Virus record (IMG/VR): IMGVR_UViG_2529292734_000012
Length of the DNA: 11,547 nucleotides
Reading direction: 5' to 3' (one strand)
Origin: a virus
Taxonomy: Duplodnaviria; Heunggongvirae; Uroviricota; Caudoviricetes
Positions 1-6,156 of the stretch are shown in pieces. The position numbers and the translations under genes are program-made. The notes beneath the pieces are model-generated. The model worked only from the letters and a program-made list of their open reading frames with translations. It ran no database searches and was not told the origin of the DNA. Every line of letters starts with the position of its first letter. Position 1 is the first letter of the stretch.

Positions 1-1422
1 CATCTTAATCCCATCGTCTGGCAACTGGTTATCAACCCAGACGAAAATGAGATGGCGCGCGACTGGCAGCTGATGTTCATCAGCGTGCCGGTTATTTTAT
101 TGCTTGAACTGGTGTTTGCGACGTGGAGCTGGCAAAAGCTGCGCAGCCTGACGCGTCGTCGGCGCTTCGCGCGCCCGCTGGCCGCATTCTTATTTATCGC
201 CTTTATCGCCTCGCATGTGGTGTATATCTGGGCCGATGCCAACTTCTATCGCCCGATCACCATGCAGCGCGCTAACCTGCCGCTTTCGTACCCGATGACG
301 GCGCGACGTTTTCTTGAGAAGCATGGTCTGCTTGATGCGCAGGAGTATCAACGCCGTCTTATTGAGCAAGGTAATCCAGACGCCGTTTCCGTTCAGTATC
401 CGTTAAGCGAACTGCGCTATCGCGATATGGGCACCGGGCAGAATGTGCTGTTGATTACTGTCGATGGCCTGAACTACTCACGCTTCGAGAAGCAGATGCC
501 TGCGCTGGCAGGTTTTGCTGAGCAAAATATTTCGTTCACGCGCCATATGAGCTCCGGCAACACTACAGACAACGGCATCTTTGGCCTGTTCTATGGCATC
601 TCGCCGAGCTATATGGACGGCATTCTGTCGACCCGTACCCCTGCGGCGTTAATTACTGCGCTTAATCAGCAAGGCTATCAGCTGGGATTATTCTCATCAG
701 ATGGCTTTACCAGCCCGCTGTATCGCCAGGCATTGTTGTCAGATTTCTCGATGCCGAGCGTACGCACCCAATCCGACGAGCAGACCGCCACGCAGTGGAT
801 CAACTGGCTGGGCCGCTACGCACAAGAAGATAACCGCTGGTTCTCGTGGGTCTCTTTCAATGGCACTAACATTGACGACAGCAATCAGCAGGCATTTGCA
901 CGGAAATATAGCCGGGCGGCAGGCAATGTCGATGACCAGATCAACCGCGTGCTCAATGCACTGCGTGATTCTGGCAAACTGGACAATACGGTGGTGATTA
1001 TCACTGCCGGTCGGGGTATTCCGCTGAGCGAAGACGAAGAAACCTTTGACTGGTCCCACGGTCATCTGCAGGTGCCATTAGTGATTCACTGGCCAGGCAC
1101 GCCGGCGCAGCGTATTAATGCTCTGACTGATCATACCGATCTGATGACGACGCTGATGCAACGCCTGCTACATGTCAGCACACCTGCCAGCGAATATTCG
1201 CAAGGTCAGGATTTGTTCAACCCTCAACGCCGTCATTACTGGGTTACTGCAGCGGATAACGATACGCTGGCAATTACCACCCCGAAAAAGACGCTGGTGC
1301 TGAACAATAACGGTAAATACCGCACTTACAACTTACGTGGTGAAAGAGTGAAAGATGAAAAACCACAGTTAAGTTTGTTATTGCAAGTGCTGACAGACGA
1401 GAAGCGTTTTATCGCTAACTGA
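1..1422 (+). CDS. yejM: Inner-membrane protein with periplasmic sulfatase-like domain (YejM/PbgA/LapC-like), 5'-truncated by the window edge; reading frame is open from base 1
   Basis: Frame 1 is open from position 1 to the stop at 1420-1422. N-terminal hydrophobic segments are followed by a sulfatase/alkaline-phosphatase-like region (LLITVDGLNYSRF). Position immediately upstream of a tRNA-Pro(GGG) gene matches the yejM-proL arrangement in E. coli. Confidence 0.8.
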   Translation, partial: HLNPIVWQLVINPDENEMARDWQLMFISVPVILLLELVFATWSWQKLRSLTRRRRFARPLAAFLFIAFIASHVVYIWADANFYRPITMQRANLPLSYPMTARRFLEKHGLLDAQEYQRRLIEQGNPDAVSVQYPLSELRYRDMGTGQNVLLITVDGLNYSRFEKQMPALAGFAEQNISFTRHMSSGNTTDNGIFGLFYGISPSYMDGILSTRTPAALITALNQQGYQLGLFSSDGFTSPLYRQALLSDFSMPSVRTQSDEQTATQWINWLGRYAQEDNRWFSWVSFNGTNIDDSNQQAFARKYSRAAGNVDDQINRVLNALRDSGKLDNTVVIITAGRGIPLSEDEETFDWSHGHLQVPLVIHWPGTPAQRINALTDHTDLMTTLMQRLLHVSTPASEYSQGQDLFNPQRRHYWVTAADNDTLAITTPKKTLVLNNNGKYRTYNLRGERVKDEKPQLSLLLQVLTDEKRFIAN

Positions 1423-1454
1423 TTAATTATAAATCAGTTAGCAAAATATCTTAC

Positions 1455-1482
1455 TTGCAATCGGTGTGGAAAACGGTAGTAT
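1455..1482 (+). promoter_or_regulatory. Putative sigma70 promoter of the tRNA-Pro gene
   Basis: TTGCAA (1455-1460), 16-bp spacer, TAGTAT (1477-1482), about 14 bp upstream of the tRNA 5' end. Confidence 0.4.
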
Positions 1483-1496
1483 TAGCAGCCACGAGT

Positions 1497-1573
1497 CGGC
1501 ACGTAGCGCAGTCTGGTAGCGCACCGTCATGGGGTGTCGGGGGTCGGAGGTTCAAATCCTCTCGTGCCGACCA
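1497..1573 (+). tRNA. proL: tRNA-Pro (anticodon GGG), 77 nt with encoded CCA
   Basis: Sequence CGGCACGTAGCGCAG...GGTTCAAATCCTCTCGTGCCGACCA has acceptor-stem complementarity (CGGCACG/CGTGCCG), a T-loop GGTTCAAATCC and an anticodon loop AUGGGGU. It matches the E. coli proL tRNA as I recall it. Confidence 0.9.
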
Positions 1574-1610
1574 AATCGAATATCGGACAGCATCGGTAAC
1601 CTATTGAAAG

Positions 1611-1648
1611 CCCGTTAATTTACTGATTAACGGGCTTTTTGTTGTTTT
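1611..1648 (+). terminator. Rho-independent terminator downstream of tRNA-Pro
   Basis: Inverted repeat CCCGTTAAT (1611-1619) / ATTAACGGG (1626-1634) followed by CTTTTTGTTGTTTT. Confidence 0.7.
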
Positions 1649-1694
1649 CAGTCGCCGGATTGAATCGGTAAGATAGGGTTATAACCGGATTTTT

Positions 1695-1766
1695 TAGCTA
1701 CACGTTTAGCTATACGGTCCAGCGTGTAGCTAAAGCCGTATAGCTACGACCAGGCATATAGCTACC
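1695..1766. promoter_or_regulatory. Array of TAGCTA(C/T)ACG-type direct and inverted repeats upstream of the integrase gene (candidate integrase arm sites or int operator)
   Basis: tagctacacg (1695-1704), tagctatacg (1707-1716), cgtgtagcta (1723-1732, inverted), cgtatagcta (1737-1746, inverted), tagctacg (1741-1748), tagctacc (1759-1766). Confidence 0.5.
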
Positions 1767-1781
1767 GATGAGTAAAAAAAC

Positions 1782-3023
1782 ATGGCACGAAAAACCACCC
1801 CACTAACTATTACGGAGATCAAAAACGCACGACCAGGGGAAAAGGAATATACCCTGCAGGATGGCGGAGGATTATTTCTTCTGGTGAAGCCCTCCGGATC
1901 AAAAATCTGGCGTTTTACGTACTACCGCCCGGCAGATAAAAAACGGACTATTATCAGCCTTGGATCGCTAAATGATGTTTCCCTGTCTGATGCCAGAGAG
2001 CGACGGAATGAATACAGGTCACTCATAGCAAAGGGAACTGACCCACAGGACTACGAACGCCGGAAACGTGAAGCAGAGAGCAGGAAAAAGGGCAACACGT
2101 TCGAAAAAGTTGCCTTGGACTGGTACGAGATGAAAAAAGGCCAGAATCTGGCTTACAACACGATTAAGGATATCTGGCGATCCCTGGAAAAATACGTATT
2201 CCCGTACATCGGAAACACGCCAATAGATACCCTCACCGCTCGCCGCTTTGTTGAGATACTCACACCCATTAAAGCACGCGGCAACCTGGAAACTCTGAAA
2301 CGCGTTTTACAACGCATCAATGAAGTGATGGATTTTGCTGCCAACAGTGGGCTGATTGACATCAACACCGCCGCGAACGTCCGCAAGGCATTCCCTTCCC
2401 CCACTAAAAAGCATATGCCAACCATCCGACCGGAACAGCTACCGCAGCTAATGCACGATTTATCGGTCGCCAGCATAGAACGGCAAACCAGATTGCTAAT
2501 CGAGTGGCAACTGCTGACCGTAGCACGCCCAGCCGAAGCAGCCGCCGCACGCTGGGAAGAAATAGATCTCGATGCCGAAACATGGACGATTCCAGCCGGA
2601 CGCATGAAGATGCGCCGTGACCATGTGATCCCTCTTTGCGGTCAGGCGATGGCTGTACTGGAAACAATGAAGCCAATCAGCGCACACAGGGAACATGTTT
2701 TTCCCAGCCTTAAAAATCCAATACTGCCAATGAGCAGCCAGACCGCTAACGCTGCATTGCGCCGGATGGGATACGCTGGTGTGCTGGTGTCTCACGGATT
2801 ACGCGCCATATTCAGTACAGCAGCGAACGAGGAAGGATTCGAGCCGGACGTAATCGAGGCCGCACTCGCACACGTGGACACGAACGAGGTAAGGCGAGCA
2901 TATAACCGAAGTAACTACCTGGAAAAACGTGTAGTACTTATGCGCTGGTGGGGTGAATTTGTGGAAGCCGCAGCAACCGGAGTGACCATAGCCAGTGGTA
3001 AAAGGGGTATCCGTGCGGTGTAA
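1782..3023 (+). CDS. int: Tyrosine site-specific integrase, P4-like family (413 aa)
   Basis: Located about 200 bp downstream of a tRNA gene. N-terminal arm-binding-like region (GLFLLVKPSGSKIWRFTYY). C-terminal catalytic motifs HGLRAIFST (H-x-x-R) and RAYNRSNY (catalytic Tyr region). Confidence 0.9.
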   Translation: MARKTTPLTITEIKNARPGEKEYTLQDGGGLFLLVKPSGSKIWRFTYYRPADKKRTIISLGSLNDVSLSDARERRNEYRSLIAKGTDPQDYERRKREAESRKKGNTFEKVALDWYEMKKGQNLAYNTIKDIWRSLEKYVFPYIGNTPIDTLTARRFVEILTPIKARGNLETLKRVLQRINEVMDFAANSGLIDINTAANVRKAFPSPTKKHMPTIRPEQLPQLMHDLSVASIERQTRLLIEWQLLTVARPAEAAAARWEEIDLDAETWTIPAGRMKMRRDHVIPLCGQAMAVLETMKPISAHREHVFPSLKNPILPMSSQTANAALRRMGYAGVLVSHGLRAIFSTAANEEGFEPDVIEAALAHVDTNEVRRAYNRSNYLEKRVVLMRWWGEFVEAAATGVTIASGKRGIRAV

Positions 3024-3026
3024 CTG

Positions 3027-3076
3027 TACAAAAAACCAGTACAACCAGTGCAAACCATGCTAAACCATCGTATAAT
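3027..3076 (+). promoter_or_regulatory. Degenerate ~9-bp tandem repeats overlapping a putative promoter (-10 TATAAT at 3071-3076)
   Basis: CCAGTACAA / CCAGTGCAA / ACCATGCTAA / ACCATCGTA in tandem, immediately followed by TATAAT. Confidence 0.35.
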
Positions 3077-3136
3077 CGCCTATCTCCTCAACAGACAAGG
3101 AAAAACCCGACTCATGAGAAATCGAGATTTATTGAA

Positions 3137-3379
3137 ATGGTCTGGCACGAAAAATCATCCAATGTCTGCGGTGAAGGGCTGCAACTGGCGTTAATGGCAA
3201 ATCGTGAATTCTGGTCAACATACGATCCGGAAGACAAATCAACAGCCCCCACAAAACACGAGGTAGTCAGTTTTTTACGCTCGCGTGGCGCATCGAAAAA
3301 TCTGGCTGAAAGCATCGACAAGGTGCTGAGGCCCACCAGCCTTAAATGTGGTGGGCGACCTAAGAAGTGGAAACGGTAA
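3137..3379 (+). CDS. Hypothetical small protein (80 aa; alternative start at 3194), basic C-terminus
   Basis: ORF sits between a promoter-like element and a strong intrinsic terminator. There is no convincing Shine-Dalgarno sequence and no family was recognised. Confidence 0.35.
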   Translation: MVWHEKSSNVCGEGLQLALMANREFWSTYDPEDKSTAPTKHEVVSFLRSRGASKNLAESIDKVLRPTSLKCGGRPKKWKR

Positions 3380-3384
3380 TCACA

Positions 3385-3416
3385 ATAGCGGCCCCTTGCG
3401 GTCGCTATTTTTTTGC
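3385..3416 (+). terminator. Rho-independent terminator
   Basis: GC-rich hairpin AGCGGCC-CCTTGC-GGTCGCT followed by ATTTTTTTG. Confidence 0.65.
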
Positions 3417-3449
3417 AAAAAGAAAGCGTAATCAATGAGATAAAAAACA

Positions 3450-3484
3450 GTGAGTACCGTTTTAAAACGGTGAGTACTGTTTTT
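3450..3484. promoter_or_regulatory. Direct repeat GTGAGTAC(C/T)GTTTT x2 flanking a perfect 16-bp palindrome ACCGTTTTAAAACGGT, upstream of the AlpA-like gene
   Basis: Copies at 3450-3463 and 3470-3483; palindrome at 3456-3471. Candidate operator or activator site. Confidence 0.45.
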
Positions 3485-3548
3485 CCCGCCCTGCCCTGTT
3501 TTACCGTATTTACCACCGGAATACGCCGGATTAACGAGGTAAAACACG

Positions 3549-3755
3549 ATGGAAGTAATCAGAAAAATTCTTACCCGTCAGGAAGTAAAAAATATTCTGC
3601 GCATCAAGGCAGACAGTTCGCTACAGGACATGATCAACGCCGGAAAATTCCCGAAAGGCTTCAAAATCGGTCTGCGCCGTGTTGGCTGGTATGAAGATGA
3701 GGTGCAGGCCTGGTTGAAAGAACGCGAGGAAGAAGCGCGCGGAACGGCTGCGTAA
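3549..3755 (+). CDS. alpA: AlpA-family phage transcriptional regulator / excisionase-like HTH protein (68 aa)
   Basis: Short MerR-like HTH protein (LTRQEVKNILRIKADSSLQDMINAGKFPKGFKIGLRRVGWYEDEVQAWL) with the conserved Trp-containing C-terminus typical of AlpA/Vis proteins. GAGGT RBS. Position just after the integrase as in P4-like and PICI elements. Confidence 0.75.
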   Translation: MEVIRKILTRQEVKNILRIKADSSLQDMINAGKFPKGFKIGLRRVGWYEDEVQAWLKEREEEARGTAA

Positions 3756-3903
3756 TGGTGTGAGGTGTAACGCAATGAACATAACAAAAAGCGCCCCGTT
3801 GCCGGAGCGCCCTTGTGAACAATTAACCTGCTGCGAAAAAAATGGATCAGTGCAGGGGAATTATATCAACTGTGTGAAGAAGCGCCACTATTGCCGGATA
3901 ACA

Positions 3904-3934
3904 GGCAAAGAAAAGGCCACCAGTCACGGTGGCC
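3904..3934 (-). terminator. Rho-independent terminator for the minus-strand small-gene pair
   Basis: Perfect inverted repeat GGCCACC-agtcac-GGTGGCC (3915-3934); on the minus strand it is followed by TTTTCTTTG. Confidence 0.6.
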
Positions 3935-4013
3935 CTGCGACACAAATTTCGCGTTATCCCCAACGCATGAGCATCGCCAACAATGCCACATTTGCGGCTG
4001 GTGGGCAATGCAA

Positions 4014-4202
4014 TCAGTCTGGTTCAGTTCGTTGCCATACCTGCAATGAGCGCTTTTCCCTGTACTCTTTAAGAAATTGCTCAAGGGCAAAAGCACATGG
4101 CGCGAATCTTTCTGATTCATGCTCTATCTTTCTGCGCCGTCTTTTCCGTGCCGGTGATAATGTTTTGGTCAATTCTTTATCGGTCATTGTGTTGTCCTGC
4201 AT
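4014..4202 (-). CDS. Hypothetical small basic protein (62 aa; likely start at the second Met, 4187, giving 57 aa)
   Basis: AGGA lies 8 nt upstream of the ATG at 4187. KRRRRK basic cluster. Sits downstream of the RHH-like gene and upstream of the minus-strand terminator. No family recognised. Confidence 0.45.
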   Translation of the reverse strand: MQDNTMTDKELTKTLSPARKRRRRKIEHESERFAPCAFALEQFLKEYREKRSLQVWQRTEPD

Positions 4203-4244
4203 AGCAATGCGCCGTAGTTACTCACACCACGGCGCTGGTGATGG

Positions 4245-4424
4245 TTACTCCTGCTCTTTGGCCTTGCGGCGCTGGCGGCGTTTGATCTCGCCTTGCATTG
4301 ACGCAATGATGAATTGTGATGTGCTTTCGCCTGATTCTTTCACTGATTCCATGGCGTTTACTATTTCGTGTGGTACACGAGCCTTTAGAGCTTGTGATTT
4401 TGCGTTTGTTGTACCCGTTGCCAT
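4245..4424 (-). CDS. Small ribbon-helix-helix (Arc/CopG-like) DNA-binding protein, candidate repressor (59 aa)
   Basis: GAGGAA RBS 6 nt upstream of the ATG at 4424. Sequence MATGTTNAKSQALKARVPHEIVNAMESVKESGESTSQFIIASMQ fits a beta-strand/helix/helix RHH pattern. Divergent from the + strand operon promoter. Confidence 0.55.
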   Translation of the reverse strand: MATGTTNAKSQALKARVPHEIVNAMESVKESGESTSQFIIASMQGEIKRRQRRKAKEQE

Positions 4425-4485
4425 TTCTATTCCTCTGTTGGATTGGTGGGGGACAGTATACACAGAAAAAGCACAAATAAAACCC

Positions 4486-4526
4486 TTGACGTGGGCCACA
4501 CCTAAAGCATATAGTGGGCCACACCT
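4486..4526 (+). promoter_or_regulatory. Strong sigma70-like promoter for the rightward replication operon, with 13-bp direct-repeat operators overlapping -35 and -10
   Basis: TTGACG (4486-4491), 18-bp spacer, TATAGT (4510-4515). GTGGGCCACACCT at 4491-4503 and again at 4514-4526. Confidence 0.6.
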
Positions 4527-4552
4527 TGAGATTATCAAGGTGCATAGATGCA

Positions 4553-4587
4553 AAGCCCCGCAAGTGTCGTTACCACTCGCAGGGCTT
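4553..4587 (+). ncRNA. Stable stem-loop in the leader of the rightward operon (candidate regulatory or processed RNA element)
   Basis: 14-bp stem AAGCCCCGCAAGTG / CACTCGCAGGGCTT with two mismatches and a 7-nt loop; no following U-run. Lies about 30 nt downstream of the predicted transcription start. Confidence 0.3.
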
Positions 4588-4623
4588 CTAACCACCAACG
4601 ATAGCGAAAGTATCGAGGTAGCT

Positions 4624-4830
4624 ATGTTAAATCATACCACACACCCGCAAGGGCGGGACTCGTACAACCTGAATAAATACATCTGGCGTTTTATCGCCCT
4701 GAGCACGGCACAACCGCGTGTGATTACCATTGAGGCCACCAGCGAACAGGAAGCGCGTCAGCAATCTCCTGATGGCTGCGTGATGGTATTCGCTGCCCGT
4801 ATTCGCCAGGGGGTAGGCCATGTGCAATAA
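4624..4830 (+). CDS. Hypothetical protein (68 aa), first ORF of the rightward operon
   Basis: ATG at 4624 preceded by GAGGT. It is the C-terminal portion of an otherwise implausible 356-aa frame. Overlaps the next ORF start by 11 nt. Confidence 0.4.
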   Translation: MLNHTTHPQGRDSYNLNKYIWRFIALSTAQPRVITIEATSEQEARQQSPDGCVMVFAARIRQGVGHVQ

Positions 4831-5044
4831 AACCACACCGGACGCAGCAGCCGCCGCGCTCACTACGCTGATGCACGCGCTTATTGATATTTCTGTTATT
4901 GCTGACAGGGCGCATAAACACGCAGCCAGAGAATCAGAATGCATCTTCCATTATTTAGCATTTGTGCAGCTAAAAGCCGATCAGGCACTGGATAAGGCCG
5001 GAAAAATTATCATGGCTAATGTGCAGGAGGTGCACCATGCATAA
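4820..5044 (+). CDS. Hypothetical protein (74 aa)
   Basis: GGGGGTAGG RBS. Overlaps the previous ORF by 11 nt; stop overlaps the next start (ATGCATAA). Confidence 0.4.
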   Translation: MCNKTTPDAAAAALTTLMHALIDISVIADRAHKHAARESECIFHYLAFVQLKADQALDKAGKIIMANVQEVHHA

Positions 5045-5402
5045 CCTGTCAATTTCTGACCTTAACAGCATTCAGTTTGACGAGAAATTTACCGGGCAGT
5101 TGCTGGTCAATGTGGAGAACGGGCGCATAGTGCGTAATTATCACCTGCCGGATGGTGCAATTGCCGGAAGCGTTGAAGCATTGCTGGAACTGGCGGAACG
5201 TGCGCGACTGATTAAGCCGTCAACGAGCCATCACGATGATGATCTGCATTTTACCGGATGTATGGTGAGTCACTACGAAAACGGCGTCGAGGTATCCTGC
5301 GAACGGCTGCGTGATGATTGCTGTTTCGGCACACTGCCGGAATTTATCGAGTTGCTGACCAGTTGCGGTTATCAGGTCATTCAGGGGGGTAAACATGCGT
5401 GA
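5037..5402 (+). CDS. Hypothetical protein (121 aa)
   Basis: AGGAGG 6 nt upstream of the ATG at 5037 (the in-frame ATG at 5019 lacks an RBS). Translationally coupled to neighbours. Confidence 0.5.
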   Translation: MHNLSISDLNSIQFDEKFTGQLLVNVENGRIVRNYHLPDGAIAGSVEALLELAERARLIKPSTSHHDDDLHFTGCMVSHYENGVEVSCERLRDDCCFGTLPEFIELLTSCGYQVIQGGKHA

Positions 5403-5616
5403 TGATCGTTTTAATTCCCTGAAACAGGAATTTTCCGGCGTTCCTGATAATGCAGCTGATGCGCTTTCGTCAATATCTGAAATTATGCGGGTGGCTTTTT
5501 TCTTTCTTTGCACTGATGAGCATAGGGATACAGGGCTAAATATTCTTGATATCGCCGCTAACTATGCTGATTTCGTAACGGAAACTGTTTTAAGAAAAAC
5601 AACGGGTGGGGATTAA
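5395..5616 (+). CDS. Hypothetical protein (73 aa)
   Basis: Start overlaps the upstream stop (ATGCGTGA); G-rich RBS. Confidence 0.45.
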   Translation: MRDDRFNSLKQEFSGVPDNAADALSSISEIMRVAFFFLCTDEHRDTGLNILDIAANYADFVTETVLRKTTGGD

Positions 5617-5617
5617 T

Positions 5618-5851
5618 ATGCGTGATATTTACCTCGAAACAATAGACCGCGCATTTCTTGCACTTTCTCACAGTGAAAGCATGATGGAAATATTACGCAT
5701 ATGGCTTGAAACACTTGGCGACAATGAACGCGACAAACAAAAATCAAGAATTGCCACGGCATTAATAACGCTTCTTGAGCCTGTAATAATGGAACTGCAA
5801 GAAATAGATCTATTGCACGACAGATATAAAGAACAGCACACCGGAGAATAA
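5618..5851 (+). CDS. Hypothetical protein (77 aa), predicted helical
   Basis: ATG at 5618 is 1 nt after the upstream stop, preceded by GGTGGGGA. The GTG at 5606 in the ORF track is less likely. Confidence 0.45.
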   Translation: MRDIYLETIDRAFLALSHSESMMEILRIWLETLGDNERDKQKSRIATALITLLEPVIMELQEIDLLHDRYKEQHTGE

Positions 5852-5856
5852 AAATA

Positions 5857-6156
5857 ATGAAACTTAAATATTCTGGCTTAACTGCCAGTGGCAACACTCA
5901 CCCTAAATTTACGCGCGGCGATATTTACCGCGACCAGTACGGCGGCACGGTAATGATTAAGGGCGTGGAAGAACGGCGCGTAACCTACCGCCGTGAAGGT
6001 TACGAATATGATTGCGTGATGCCTGTTTATCAGTTCCGGCGTGATTTTTCTCTGGTACAGACCGCGCCGCATAACGTGTCCACCAGCAACGCCAGGGCAC
6101 GGGCAAACATCCAGAAGCTGAAAACCATGATTAACGGATTCAGGGGTAAAAAATGA
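5857..6156 (+). CDS. Hypothetical protein (99 aa), translationally coupled to the replication ATPase
   Basis: GGAGA RBS. Stop overlaps the start of the downstream gene (ATGA at 6153-6156). Confidence 0.5.
   Translation: MKLKYSGLTASGNTHPKFTRGDIYRDQYGGTVMIKGVEERRVTYRREGYEYDCVMPVYQFRRDFSLVQTAPHNVSTSNARARANIQKLKTMINGFRGKK

Noticed and set aside
701-1065. ORFs of 98 aa (+) and 108 aa (-) inside the yejM-like gene
   Set aside because: Alternative-frame or antisense shadows within a conserved coding region.
2153-3053. Several minus-strand ORFs (84-150 aa) inside the integrase gene
   Set aside because: Fully antisense to a well-supported integrase CDS; typical shadow ORFs.
3112-3516. 134-aa minus-strand ORF spanning the int-alpA intergenic region
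   Set aside because: Runs antisense through the + strand terminator hairpin and the palindromic repeats; no RBS and an implausible composition.
3760-4830. 356-aa + strand ORF
   Set aside because: Cys/Arg-rich low-complexity translation with no RBS. It runs antisense through two well-supported minus-strand genes, the divergent promoter and the leader hairpin. Only its last 68 codons (4624-4830) are kept as a plausible gene.
4624-6156. The small-ORF block as an anti-phage defence system
   Set aside because: All proteins are under 125 aa and none shows nuclease, ATPase, Sir2, TIR or other defence-type motifs I can recognise, so defence is possible but unsupported; reported only as unknown early genes.
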